IMG/VR virus record: IMGVR_UViG_2643221571_000003
Coordinates: 1 to 64,000 of that record
Direction: 5' to 3' (one strand)
DNA from: an uncultured virus (IMG/VR IMGVR_UViG_2643221571_000003)
Taxonomy: Duplodnaviria; Heunggongvirae; Uroviricota; Caudoviricetes
Length of the DNA stretch: 64,000 nt
This document shows, in pieces, positions 25,320 through 34,972 of this stretch (positions are counted from its first letter, which is position 1; each line of letters opens with the position of its first letter). Under the pieces are notes generated by a model. The model made no database searches, had not been told where the DNA came from, and saw only the letters and a list, made by a program, of their open reading frames with translations. Both the position numbers and the translations under genes were made by a program.

Positions 25320-25547
25320 ATGAACCTCATAGCAGAGTTTCGTGAGGAGGCCGGAATCACCCAGGCAGCCTTGCACCGAAAGCTCAACTGGAAGCAGTCG
25401 CGGCTCGCTAACTACGAGTCGGGGGCACGCCCATTGAAGCTTGAAGATGCCCGGAAGATCGTCCAGGCGCTGAATGAATTAGGTGCGAAATGCACTTTGG
25501 ATCGCGTTTTTCCGCAGCAATCTTCTACGGATGTTCGGGCCGCCTAA
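25320..25547 (+). CDS. cro: Cro-like HTH regulator
   Basis: TQAAL...WKQSRLANYE, same recognition helix type as CI; divergent from cI. Confidence 0.85.
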   Translation: MNLIAEFREEAGITQAALHRKLNWKQSRLANYESGARPLKLEDARKIVQALNELGAKCTLDRVFPQQSSTDVRAA

Positions 25548-25601
25548 GCGACATCCCTGTCCGCCGTTCCATTGAAGCCAGATTAGAAGAGAGTAGTCCC
25601 C

Positions 25602-26216
25602 ATGCATACGTCCAGTTCCAGACACACCGTACAAACCCGTGATCAGGTACTGGTCGCCCACGCTGCAAATCAGATCGCGCGCACCAGCTTGAGCCAGGAC
25701 GACTTCGCTCAGGCTTTGAGCCGCGAACTGCACCTGTCGTGCCCGGATAAGGCCATCGCCAAAGAGGTGCCGGACTTCACCGCGCTTACCTTTCAGAACG
25801 ACGTGTCCGACTTTGTGAAGGCGACCGGCCGCTGGCTCAAGCGTGTTCAGCGCTGGCTGTCCGGCGATCAAGAAATGCCTTCCTGGCTGGAAGAGTCGTG
25901 GGTCAACGCCCTTGAGCCTGAGTTCCGCGACCACTGTGTGAACGAACTGGCGAGCCGCCATGGCCTCACCGGTGCCCGCCAGATGACTAGCGACCAATGC
26001 GCGAACAAAAGCTTCGGTGCGCTGATCCGCGCGCTGGGCGATGTGATCGACACCGGCAGCGAAGTGTTCGACGACCAGGTGATGTGCGAACTGGATTTGC
26101 CGCACTTGCCAGCATTCGCCAAGCAGTGCCGCCAGGTTGAAGCGAAGGCGGGGGAGCTGGGGCGTCGTGCGGAGCAGTTGCTCGCTGGGGCGCGGCCACT
26201 GAAATCCATCGCCTGA
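25602..26216 (+). CDS. CII-position regulatory protein
   Basis: Position after cro; long ORF. Confidence 0.55.
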   Translation: MHTSSSRHTVQTRDQVLVAHAANQIARTSLSQDDFAQALSRELHLSCPDKAIAKEVPDFTALTFQNDVSDFVKATGRWLKRVQRWLSGDQEMPSWLEESWVNALEPEFRDHCVNELASRHGLTGARQMTSDQCANKSFGALIRALGDVIDTGSEVFDDQVMCELDLPHLPAFAKQCRQVEAKAGELGRRAEQLLAGARPLKSIA

Positions 26217-26227
26217 ATTCCAGGCAC

Positions 26228-26257
26228 AAAAAAGCCGACGTACGAGGTCGGCTTTTT
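26228..26257 (+). terminator. tR-like terminator
   Basis: AAAAAAGCCGAC...GTCGGCTTTTT. Confidence 0.7.
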
Positions 26258-26285
26258 CTACAGCAGTAAACAACTGGAGCGAATC

Positions 26286-27077
26286 ATGCACCAACACACC
26301 GAATCGATCAATAGCCCCACCAATCTCGCGCCACGTTTTTCGCAATCGCAAAACGTGGCGCGGACAATGTCATCTCGGGAAATCGCCGATCTGGTCGAGG
26401 CCCGGCACAACGATGTCATCACCACCATCGAACGCCTTTTTGCCAAAGGGCTTTTACGATCAGATCGTAAAACTCGGCGTGAAGCCACCGGCGGCCGCCC
26501 GATCGATGTCTACGACCTGACCGAGCGTGACACGCATCTGGTTGTGGCTGGCTACAGCGACGAGCACCGCGCACGAGTTATCGACCGCTGGCAGGAACTG
26601 GAGGGGCAGGTTGCGCAACCACAACAGCTCTCCACCATGGACATCCTGCAGATCGCAATGGAGTCTGAAAAGGCCCGCTTGATGCTCACCGCCCAGGTCG
26701 AGCAGCAGGCCACGAAGATCCATTCCTTGGAAAACTTGTTCAAGGAAGGCATGACCCACACCCAGTTCTGCAAGGGCCTCAATGGGGTCAACGTCATGCA
26801 GGTGGGTAATTACCTGGAAGCCCGAAGCTGGCTCTATAACGAGAGCAAGTCCGGGACCCGTCACCGCGTTGGCTCGTACGCCCGCGACAAGTACATGACC
26901 GAGCACCAGGTCGAAGTCACCCCGCACGGCAAAGACCCGTTTATCTCCTACACGCCCGTTCTGCTGAAGAAGGGCGCCGCACGCCTGTACGACCTGTACC
27001 TGGCCGGCGAGCTGCCCATGAAGAAGACTTGGGATGGCCTGTTCACCCACGATAAAGCAGTGCGAGGTGCCGCGTGA
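26286..27077 (+). CDS. Rha family regulator / antirepressor
   Basis: MSSREIADLVEARH, GY-x3-HRARVIDRWQELE. Confidence 0.85.
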   Translation: MHQHTESINSPTNLAPRFSQSQNVARTMSSREIADLVEARHNDVITTIERLFAKGLLRSDRKTRREATGGRPIDVYDLTERDTHLVVAGYSDEHRARVIDRWQELEGQVAQPQQLSTMDILQIAMESEKARLMLTAQVEQQATKIHSLENLFKEGMTHTQFCKGLNGVNVMQVGNYLEARSWLYNESKSGTRHRVGSYARDKYMTEHQVEVTPHGKDPFISYTPVLLKKGAARLYDLYLAGELPMKKTWDGLFTHDKAVRGAA

Positions 27078-28003
27078 GCATGGGCCTTATGGTCGCCGCG
27101 ATGAAACTTCGCGTCGGCAATCCATTGCGCAAGCTTGTGCTGATCAAGCTGGCCGACAACGCCAGCGACGTAGGCGAGTGCTGGCCGTCTTATCAGCACA
27201 TCGCCGATCAGTGCGAGATCAGCAAGCGCTCTGTCATGAACCACATCACAGCCTTGTGTGACGCGGGATTGCTGCGCAAGGAAATCCGAAAGGGTGGCCC
27301 GAAGGGGAACTCATCGAACGTTTACTTCCTCACCCTCGACGGTGATGGTGCACCTCCTGCACCAGGGGTAGTGCAGAAGATTCACCCGGGTAGTGCAGCA
27401 TCTTCACCCCCTAGTGAATCTCCTGCACCAGGGGGTAGTGCAGCACCTGCACCCAGAATCAGTAACTCTCTTGAACCAGTCATAGAACCGATCATTGAAC
27501 CAATTGCACCCCCGGCTCCCGCCGAGGTCGTAGCGGCTCAGTCCCGCGGCTTAGTGCTGGTCGTTGATCGCACCGACACTCCACGGGTTGAAATCCCCGC
27601 CGACATGCCGGGCCCCAAAGACCAGGCCTGCAAAACCTTCAAGGTCTGGGCGAACTACGCCATGGCTTACCGCAAACGCTACAGCGCCTGGCCTGTGTGG
27701 AATGCCAAGGTAGGCGGCCAACTCGGCCAACTGGTCGACCGCCTGGGCGCTGACGTAGCCCACCACGTTGCCGCCCACTTCCTGAAAACCAGCGACGCCG
27801 CTGTGCTGCGCAAGTGCCACAGCCTCAACGAGCTGCTGGCCAACGCCGAGAGCTACCACACCCAGTGGGTGACCGGGCAGCGCATCAACGGCACGACAGC
27901 CCGCCAGATGGAGCGGACAGAGGCGAACCACTCCGCAGCGGAGCAGGCCGCCCAGATGGTTCTGGCCAAACGCCAAGCAGGTGACCGCAATGAATACCTC
28001 TGA
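27074..28003 (+). CDS. Replication initiator (HTH_36, O-like)
   Basis: KLVLIKLADNASD-GECWPSY. Confidence 0.85.
   Translation: MSMGLMVAAMKLRVGNPLRKLVLIKLADNASDVGECWPSYQHIADQCEISKRSVMNHITALCDAGLLRKEIRKGGPKGNSSNVYFLTLDGDGAPPAPGVVQKIHPGSAASSPPSESPAPGGSAAPAPRISNSLEPVIEPIIEPIAPPAPAEVVAAQSRGLVLVVDRTDTPRVEIPADMPGPKDQACKTFKVWANYAMAYRKRYSAWPVWNAKVGGQLGQLVDRLGADVAHHVAAHFLKTSDAAVLRKCHSLNELLANAESYHTQWVTGQRINGTTARQMERTEANHSAAEQAAQMVLAKRQAGDRNEYL
27347..27455. repeat. Iteron-like repeats (putative ori)
   Basis: Imperfect ~21-bp tandem units (T)GCACC..GGTAGTGCAG inside the initiator gene. Confidence 0.6.
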
Positions 28004-28787
28004 AATGAACGACCAGCAGGTCGCCGGGCTGGCCGCAGCCATCTGTGCGACGGCCGAGGCCATGGGGCAGGAAATGAACCCAGGCACTGCCGCAATGATG
28101 GCCGAAGATCTTTGCGCCTACCCGGTGCCGGTCGTCAAAGCCGCGTTGAAGGCCTGCCGCTTTGAGGTGAAGGGCAAGCTGGCTATGGCCGACATTCTGC
28201 AACGCGTCCAGTCCTCCGATGGCCGCCCCGGCAAGGACGAGGCCTGGGCCATCGCCATGACCACCAACGACGAATTTGAAACCGTGGTGCTGACCGATGA
28301 AATCCAACTGGCCCTGGCTGCTGCGAAACCCATCTTGGATGGCGGCGACAAGATCGGTGCGCGCATGGCGTTCATCGATGCCTACCAACGGTTCGTGGGC
28401 CAGGCCCGCGAGGATGCGAAGTCGGTCAACTGGCACGTGTCCGTGGGCTTCGACGCCAACCGCCGTATCCAGGCTGTCGCCAAGGCGGTGGAGTTGAAGC
28501 GTATCCCGCGCGAACACGGCCAGAAATATTTGGCTGACCTGAGCGTTGACCCGGTCACTGAGGACGGCCGCGCCATCGCTGGCTTGCTCACCGGAACCGT
28601 CACCCAGCCAAAGCCGCTGCTGCGCGCAAAGCTTGAGATCGTGAAGAGCTCGATGCTGGAAATGCGGAAGGTCAGCGAGGAGCGGAAGCTCGAAATTCGG
28701 ATTGACGCTGCCAATGATTTGGCGGATCGCCGGGCGCTACTGATCAAGCAGGCCCAGGAACTGGAAGCCAAGAGGGCGGCGCAATGA
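27990..28787 (+). CDS. Replication accessory protein (P-position)
   Basis: Follows initiator; DGRPG-DEAWA, IGARMAF. Confidence 0.6.
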   Translation: MNTSEMNDQQVAGLAAAICATAEAMGQEMNPGTAAMMAEDLCAYPVPVVKAALKACRFEVKGKLAMADILQRVQSSDGRPGKDEAWAIAMTTNDEFETVVLTDEIQLALAAAKPILDGGDKIGARMAFIDAYQRFVGQAREDAKSVNWHVSVGFDANRRIQAVAKAVELKRIPREHGQKYLADLSVDPVTEDGRAIAGLLTGTVTQPKPLLRAKLEIVKSSMLEMRKVSEERKLEIRIDAANDLADRRALLIKQAQELEAKRAAQ

Positions 28788-29299
28788 CCAAGCCAGCGAA
28801 GCCGCGCCCAATGCCCGTTTACCTAGTTCTGCGCCGCTTGGTAGATCCCGCCACCGGCAAGGAGGTGGCCGCGTTCGTGCCGTCCTCCGACGCGGACCGC
28901 TCGATCCTGCGAGAGCGTGATTTTCGGATCAACACGAAGATCCGCGCCGACCTCAAGCAGCCGCGCAACCCACGGTTCAACGGTTTGGTCCATGGACTGG
29001 GCCGGGTGCTGAGCCAGAACATCGATCGGTTTTCCGGCAAGCAGTCCCACGACGCCATCAAGGCCCTGCAACTGGAGTCAGGCGTGTACTGCGACGAGGA
29101 AGCGTTCGACATTCCTGGGCTGGGCCAGCTCACCCGCAAGACACCCCGCAGCCTTTCCTACGATTCGATGGGGGAGGAGACATTCCAAGACTTTTGGCGC
29201 CAGTGCTGCGCGTACCTGGTGCTGCATGACTGGCCGACGCTCACGGAAGAGCGCCTGACCGAAATGGCCGAGTTCGAAGCATTCAAGGAGGCCGCATGA
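28784..29299 (+). CDS. NinB/DUF1367-like protein
   Basis: RNPRFN...PRSLSYDSMGEETF. Confidence 0.6.
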   Translation: MTKPAKPRPMPVYLVLRRLVDPATGKEVAAFVPSSDADRSILRERDFRINTKIRADLKQPRNPRFNGLVHGLGRVLSQNIDRFSGKQSHDAIKALQLESGVYCDEEAFDIPGLGQLTRKTPRSLSYDSMGEETFQDFWRQCCAYLVLHDWPTLTEERLTEMAEFEAFKEAA

Positions 29300-29559
29300 G
29301 CCGTAACTTCAAGCCGGGCGACCTGGCCCTAACCCTTGCACCTATAGGCGATGAAGCCCCAGCTGGCTGCGAGGTCGAATTACTCAAATTTTTCCATGAA
29401 GGCTCTGACGCAAAATATCAGGGTATCGAGTTTGTGGCCGAGTGGGATCTTTGGGTGGTGAGGCTGCATGGGCGATTAGCTGCGTTTGGTGTCCACCACC
29501 TGATGCCCCTTCGCGGCGACTTCACCCATGAGCAGCAGAAAGCCAAGGAGGCTGTATGA
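29296..29559 (+). CDS. Phage hypothetical protein
   Basis: FKPGDLAL...LMPLRGDF. Confidence 0.65.
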   Translation: MSRNFKPGDLALTLAPIGDEAPAGCEVELLKFFHEGSDAKYQGIEFVAEWDLWVVRLHGRLAAFGVHHLMPLRGDFTHEQQKAKEAV

Positions 29560-30200
29560 CGATTGAGCGGAAGCAGCCCAAGCCGAAGAAATGCCGCGTT
29601 GCTACGTGCAGGGCCTTATTCGTCCCTTCGCGGATGGGGCAGGCGGTGTGCAGTCCGGCCTGCGCGATGGTCGACGCGCCCAGGCATGAGCCGAAGGCAC
29701 GCAAGGCGCTGGCCGACATCGAGCGCAAGGACATCAAGGTCCGCAAGGAGGCCCTGAAAAGTCGCGCCGACCACATGAAGGATTCCGAGAAGGCTGTGCG
29801 GGACTACCGGCGAACCTACGAGCTGAGCATCGGCAGCGGCTGTATGAGCTGCGGCCTGAGCCAGGAAGAAATCCGCGCAGCGCAGGGCTGGAAGACTGGC
29901 GGGGCATTCGACGCAGGTCATTTCCTCGGTAAGGGCGCCCGGCCAGAGCTGCGGCTGGTGCCGAACAACATCTGGTTGCAGTGCAAGAGTTGTAATGCCG
30001 GGTCGTCCAAGTACGCCCGAAAGGGCCAAACGGTTTCGCAGGCCTTCCGGGAAGGGCTGATCGCCCGCATAGGCCTGGAGGCTGTCGAGGCGCTCGAAGC
30101 CGACCACACGCCACGCAAAGAGACCGTAGAGCAACTGAAAGCCATCACCGCCGAATACCGGGCAAAGACCAGAGAACTCAAGAAGGGGCAGGCAGCATGA
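29556..30200 (+). CDS. ninG: NinG/Rap recombination endonuclease
   Basis: CxxxxC...CSxxC, CMSCG, DAGHF, QCKSCN. Confidence 0.9.
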   Translation: MTIERKQPKPKKCRVATCRALFVPSRMGQAVCSPACAMVDAPRHEPKARKALADIERKDIKVRKEALKSRADHMKDSEKAVRDYRRTYELSIGSGCMSCGLSQEEIRAAQGWKTGGAFDAGHFLGKGARPELRLVPNNIWLQCKSCNAGSSKYARKGQTVSQAFREGLIARIGLEAVEALEADHTPRKETVEQLKAITAEYRAKTRELKKGQAA

Positions 30201-30778
30201 AGATCAACTCAGCGCGCCAGGCTTGGCATGACTGCAATTACAACCCAGCCCCCGGCCAGACCTCTGATGTCGTCCAGCTCGGGGTGGTGGTGCAGAACAC
30301 CGAGCGCGGTCCAACGGCAAACCACGCGGTGCACGGGGCGTTGGCTGGGCATATCCAGTCTGCAATCGCCCGACTACACCCGCAGATCCGCGTATTCGGT
30401 GACTTCATGTACGCCGCCGAGCAGAGCGCCGACATCCGTGAGGCGGCGGAAGAGGTCGTGTTCCTGTTGGTGGAGAACCGGTCTCCGCGCATGACCGCGG
30501 CCAAGCGCGAGAAGCTGGAATTCGTGGTCAAGGGCGTGCTGCGTCGGTATCAGCATATGCACCAGGGCGGGCAGTCGTCCAACGAAGACCCGCTGGCCAA
30601 TGCCGAGAAGTTCCGGGCCTGGATGTGGCAGGTCTACGAAGTGCGCCTGGAGTCGTGTAACTGGGAGCGGGATTGGGGTGGCGTGCTGCAACTGATCTTC
30701 GAGTGCTGCGAGGATCTGGATCGGCGAGCATTGAGCCCCATTGCGGCGGTAATTTACGAAATGCGCGAGGCCGCATGA
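30197..30778 (+). CDS. Late antiterminator, Q-like
   Basis: INSARQAWHD; after ninG and before a terminator. Confidence 0.65.
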   Translation: MKINSARQAWHDCNYNPAPGQTSDVVQLGVVVQNTERGPTANHAVHGALAGHIQSAIARLHPQIRVFGDFMYAAEQSADIREAAEEVVFLLVENRSPRMTAAKREKLEFVVKGVLRRYQHMHQGGQSSNEDPLANAEKFRAWMWQVYEVRLESCNWERDWGGVLQLIFECCEDLDRRALSPIAAVIYEMREAA

Positions 30779-30867
30779 GGGCCTATTGCGTTCCCGTGCG
30801 GCTGGTGATACCTTATCGCCACTGTTAGAGTTTTGCCTTCGGCAACTTACTCCCAGATAATCCAACG

Positions 30868-30894
30868 AAACCCGGCCAATGTGCCGGGTTTTTT
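30868..30894 (+). terminator. tR'-like terminator
   Basis: AAACCCGGC...GCCGGGTTTTTT. Confidence 0.75.
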
Positions 30895-30934
30895 GTTTAT
30901 GGATTTTGTCTTTTAGGTAAGGCATCAAGCTTAA

Positions 30935-31360
30935 TTAATCATCGGGATCATCTTCAGGCTGTTCCTTTATTGGGAACAATATTGGTTGCGATGAAAACCA
31001 TTCCATCTCGGCGAGAGCGTCCGACTGATCTGGAAACTTAAGAATTGTGGTGGTAAGACCTTGGCGCTTGCCTTCTGAGTGATCTGGCTTGCTTGCTCTT
31101 TGCAGATATTCTATTACCGAACCGGCTTGTAAGGAGAAGTCATCGGCGTTGCTTAGACTGAATCCGGATTCGTGAACAAGCTTATTTCGCTCCGCTGCGA
31201 TCTTTTTGATTGACCAGGCGATCTCTGATGGCAAAAGGTGCTCGACAGATCGACATTTCTCGGTCAGCCCACGGCCTTCAGATCCGATAGCGTTGAGCAA
31301 ATTCTCTATTTTTTTAGTTGCTTCCAGAACCAGGGCGTACTGGTCACTCATGGTTTTCAT
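30935..31360 (-). CDS. HEPN/DUF4145-like moron protein
   Basis: GRGL-EK...ERNKLVHE (R-x4-H). Confidence 0.65.
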   Translation of the reverse strand: MKTMSDQYALVLEATKKIENLLNAIGSEGRGLTEKCRSVEHLLPSEIAWSIKKIAAERNKLVHESGFSLSNADDFSLQAGSVIEYLQRASKPDHSEGKRQGLTTTILKFPDQSDALAEMEWFSSQPILFPIKEQPEDDPDD

Positions 31361-31602
31361 CCGTATTAGCAAGGCGGAACGCATTGGCGTGTCTATCTAT
31401 GCAAGACTGATCGTGGGTAACATTCCACAATGCCATCACGCCCAGCATCTGTCAATTTCGCAGAATTCCGTTAAAACCTGACAACTACTACAAGGCCCGC
31501 CAATCCGCGGGCCTTTCCAGTTTTCGGCTCCACCACACCCATTGCTCCGAGCTGGGAGTGCTGCTGGGGCTGATTCAAATCCGCAAACTTCTGGAGTTGA
31601 GC

Positions 31603-31875
31603 ATGAAGAGCGAATATCGCCAGGCTGTCGAGGCTGTTATTGCGCAGGAGGCGAAGCTAGCAGAGGTTGCCAGGCTTCACACTGATGCAGCAGCTCGAGA
31701 GAAGCAGTTCTCTGAAGCATTGCGATTTAATCAGGAAACGCTCGAGCAGTACGAGCGTCGAGTAGCTGAACTGGAGCCTTCCAACAAAGGCACTGTTGAT
31801 CTGCAAAGCCAAATCAGTGAGATAAATTCTTCGCTGAAGTTTTTGTGCCGTGAACTGATGCGTCCAGAGTCTTAA
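31603..31875 (+). CDS. Coiled-coil hypothetical protein
   Basis: GGAG RBS; MKSEYRQAVEAVIAQE. Confidence 0.55.
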   Translation: MKSEYRQAVEAVIAQEAKLAEVARLHTDAAAREKQFSEALRFNQETLEQYERRVAELEPSNKGTVDLQSQISEINSSLKFLCRELMRPES

Positions 31876-32324
31876 AAGCCTGCGTGTTTGGTTATGAGTT
31901 GTGCGCCAATGGATAGGGCCTGATTAAGAATTTCTGATGCGGCGCTTTTGGTGCCCGCCTTGGTTGCGGCAGATAGCTTTTGTCCAAGAGTTTCGGTCCC
32001 AAGAGAAGGTTTCGGCACATGTTTGAGTGCTTGAAGGCCGTATGGGGTCAGTACATAGACTTGCCGGTTAACCGGGGCTGCTCTTTTCGCTATGAAACCT
32101 GCGTGCACCAGCCATTCAAGTGTGGCATCGAAGAATTCTGTTTCGGGATCGCGCTCGCCTTCTGTTACGGAATTTTCCGTGGAGGGGTCGTATTCGAGGT
32201 ATTTGAGAACGGTTAATCCAGCGACCTGCGGGCTCACGCTGGAGGGGATCGGGAAACCCTCGTATAGAAACGCCAAGATGTCAGCGCTCATCTCATCGAA
32301 GCGCTCAATGTTTGTTTTCGCCAT
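31872..32324 (-). CDS. Hypothetical moron protein (winged-helix-like)
   Basis: NIERFDE...LYE-FP...TLEWL...GFI...YVLT--GL. Confidence 0.65.
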   Translation of the reverse strand: MAKTNIERFDEMSADILAFLYEGFPIPSSVSPQVAGLTVLKYLEYDPSTENSVTEGERDPETEFFDATLEWLVHAGFIAKRAAPVNRQVYVLTPYGLQALKHVPKPSLGTETLGQKLSAATKAGTKSAASEILNQALSIGAQLITKHAGF

Positions 32325-32398
32325 GGCTCGGACCATCGTTTGCTATAAGGGCAATGACGATAGCACGTAGCCATATGCCCGCCACTGAGCGGGCTTTT

Positions 32399-32593
32399 TT
32401 ATTCCGCACGCCCAGCGGGGCCGGTCAGATCATTATCTGAAGGCCTCTCGTGCAGCTCAGATTTCACGAGAGGTAGGTGTTTTGGCGCCGTGATGCCGAG
32501 GGACACATACCCACGATCAACCTTGGTCACTTTGATTTGGATTTCATCGCCGATGTATAGGCGCTGATTGGGTGTTCTGGTCACGACTAGCAA
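32399..32593 (-). CDS. csrA: Diverged CsrA/RsmA family RNA-binding regulator
   Basis: TTG start after GAAGGA; LVVTR-x5-LYIGDEIQIKV...VSLGITAPK. Confidence 0.8.
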   Translation of the reverse strand: MLVVTRTPNQRLYIGDEIQIKVTKVDRGYVSLGITAPKHLPLVKSELHERPSDNDLTGPAGRAE

Positions 32594-32743
32594 TTGATAT
32601 TCCTTCTGATTAGGTCCTTTATCTGTGGGATTAATTGCATGAATTCTGCGCAAAAGACGCAGGACGGTTCTGACTTTTCTGCCGAAAATTCTTATTTAAT
32701 CCTTCATTCCCTGACCGGGAGAACAACAAGACATGGAGTGACG

Positions 32744-33115
32744 ATGGATCCTACTGACCTCGGCCCAGGCACAGCTACCTGGCTGGGCGGTAGCGCCACC
32801 GTAGTGCTTGGCGGCCTGCTATGGCTGCGCCGGTTCCTCTCAAAGGACGCAACTGACCGCGCCATGGATAGCGCTGATATCGGCACGTTAAAAAGACTGA
32901 ACGAGCTGCTGAACCAGGAACGAGCTGCCCGCAAAGAGGCCGAGGCACGCGCCGATCAGTTCGCGAAAGAGCGGAATGATCTGGCCGCCGCCGTTGGGCG
33001 TATGGAAGGCAAGATCGAAGCGCTGACCAGCCAGGTCGCCCAACTCACTGACCGCGTGACGCAACAGAGCGACGAGATCACTCGCCTGCGCACCAAGCTG
33101 GGAGGAATCGCCTAA
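32744..33115 (+). CDS. TM plus coiled-coil protein, putative holin
   Basis: N-terminal TM and coiled coil; lysis-gene position after Q. Confidence 0.5.
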   Translation: MDPTDLGPGTATWLGGSATVVLGGLLWLRRFLSKDATDRAMDSADIGTLKRLNELLNQERAARKEAEARADQFAKERNDLAAAVGRMEGKIEALTSQVAQLTDRVTQQSDEITRLRTKLGGIA

Positions 33116-33432
33116 TGGACAGATGCGCATTGGAATTCATCGCGCGCCGCTGGTGGCGCCGTGCTGAGGTCTGGGCCATAGCAGTCGTTCTGGTGGGTGG
33201 TGGTGCAGTTCTCGGTTATCAGGCCGCCTACTGGTCTCTTGCAGAGAACCAGAGCAACCAGGTGACCGATATTCGTAAGGCCTACGACACTGCCATGGGC
33301 GAACGAGACAAGCGCCTGGAAGAGTTGACACGCCAAACCGGTACCGCCGCCGACAAGGCCACCAAGGCTGCAACGACTGCGGCCCACGCTGCCGACAAAG
33401 CGGACGAAGCCCTCAATCGGGTATCGCAGTAA
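33115..33432 (+). CDS. Single-TM phage protein
   Basis: Coupled to the previous gene; one TM helix. Confidence 0.6.
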   Translation: MDRCALEFIARRWWRRAEVWAIAVVLVGGGAVLGYQAAYWSLAENQSNQVTDIRKAYDTAMGERDKRLEELTRQTGTAADKATKAATTAAHAADKADEALNRVSQ

Positions 33433-33498
33433 TCCGCGCCACGTTTTCGAATGCGCCAAATCGTGGCGCGTACAGAAACTTATAAAGGGAGCAGATGG

Positions 33499-34266
33499 TT
33501 ACTTCACCACATCAGCATAGCTCTTCGTCCACTTATGCTGACAGCTAAGGCAGTCCCAAAACTCAGTGACATCAACGTCGCTGACCGTGACAGTCCGCTG
33601 CTCTTCCTGTTTTGTCACGTGGTTCTGAACGATCTTCTGCACCGAGCGGACGCCAATCAACTTCTGCACCCGGTTGTAGCGTCGGGCTGCGGTGGAGTTG
33701 CACTTTGGGCAAGACGCGGGGCGGAGATTGCCGTAGTAGACTGCAAAGATTCCACTGAAAACTGCGGCGGCGATATATAAAATGGCCGCGCCTTTGTCTT
33801 TGTGGATCTCCGCCTGCCCCAGCACGCCCAAGATAATCGCTGCCCCAAAGAACGAAAACGTTCGCAGCTTATTAAAAAGCCGCCAGTATTCAGCCTTCTT
33901 TATTGCTCGCTGGGCTGCTGGGTTGACCGCGGCCTTGATGTTGTCCTGATCAACAACGTCGTCGCAGATTTTATTCTCAATCAGTCCAGCCATGCGTGCG
34001 TAATCTTCGGTCACGCCGATTTGCAGGCTGAACTTTCCATTTGGCATTGGCTTGATCTCGTCCGACCAAACTTTCTTTCCAGCGAGCAATACGACTGCCT
34101 GAACGGGTCGCTTAGTCTTGATGCTCGTACTTTCTCCATTTGAGATGCCTTCCGGGTAGCCATTGATCTCGACAGATAGCAATCTGTCTTCGAACCCAGG
34201 AAACGTGTCCTTTCGAGATACACGTACGTTTGGCATTCTTGTCCGCTCCTCATCGGTTGATCGCAT
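33499..34266 (-). CDS. Two-TM protein with C-terminal zinc ribbon (moron)
   Basis: Two TM helices followed by CPKC...CLSC; start uncertain. Confidence 0.6.
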   Translation of the reverse strand: MRSTDEERTRMPNVRVSRKDTFPGFEDRLLSVEINGYPEGISNGESTSIKTKRPVQAVVLLAGKKVWSDEIKPMPNGKFSLQIGVTEDYARMAGLIENKICDDVVDQDNIKAAVNPAAQRAIKKAEYWRLFNKLRTFSFFGAAIILGVLGQAEIHKDKGAAILYIAAAVFSGIFAVYYGNLRPASCPKCNSTAARRYNRVQKLIGVRSVQKIVQNHVTKQEEQRTVTVSDVDVTEFWDCLSCQHKWTKSYADVVK

Positions 34267-34333
34267 GTTATCGACCAGAACCCCTCGCTCTTGAGGTTTT
34301 GTAAAAGGGCTCACGATATTTGGGAGAGCAATA

Positions 34334-34942
34334 ATGGATCGTCCTCATCCACCACCGTGTCTGCATGAGGGCGCATTTGGGAGAGTTGTGCCAGCTCTAG
34401 GTGTTTGGGAATGGGTACAGGCCGAAATTCTCGCTGACACCGGCAGCCTCCAAAACGAAGACCATGCCCACCTACTGGATGCAGACATCCGCGTCATGTG
34501 GGCGTCGTCGAGCTTCGCCAAGCAGGGCCGCGCAGTCCTCGGTCAGGCCGAGCAGGTAGCGTTCCGTGCTGGCGGTTGGCAGAAAGCCCGGATGGAGCAA
34601 CAGATGCGTGATTGGTTCGGCGATGTGCCGGCCTTCATCATCACACTGGCGGCTGACTACTGCGCCCAGTGCAGCGACCTCGAGTTCTGCGCTTTGATCG
34701 AGCACGAGCTGTATCACCTGGCTCACGCGACCGACAAGTACGGTCAACCAGCATTCACCCAAGACGGTGCACCGAAGATCAAGCTGCAGGGCCACGACGT
34801 GGAAGAGTTCGTCGGTGTCGTCCGCCGCTATGGTGCAAGCCCTGACGTTCAAGCGTTGGTGGATGCTGCAAACAGTCCTGCCGAGGTGGGGAAATTGAAC
34901 ATTGCGAGGGCCTGCGGAACCTGTCTGCTCAAGTCGGCCTGA
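34334..34942 (+). CDS. Putative phage metallopeptidase
   Basis: ALIEHELYH, HDVEEF--VVRRYG. Confidence 0.8.
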   Translation: MDRPHPPPCLHEGAFGRVVPALGVWEWVQAEILADTGSLQNEDHAHLLDADIRVMWASSSFAKQGRAVLGQAEQVAFRAGGWQKARMEQQMRDWFGDVPAFIITLAADYCAQCSDLEFCALIEHELYHLAHATDKYGQPAFTQDGAPKIKLQGHDVEEFVGVVRRYGASPDVQALVDAANSPAEVGKLNIARACGTCLLKSA

Positions 34943-34972
34943 TTTTGGACAGGTTTGGACGGATGAACGCCT

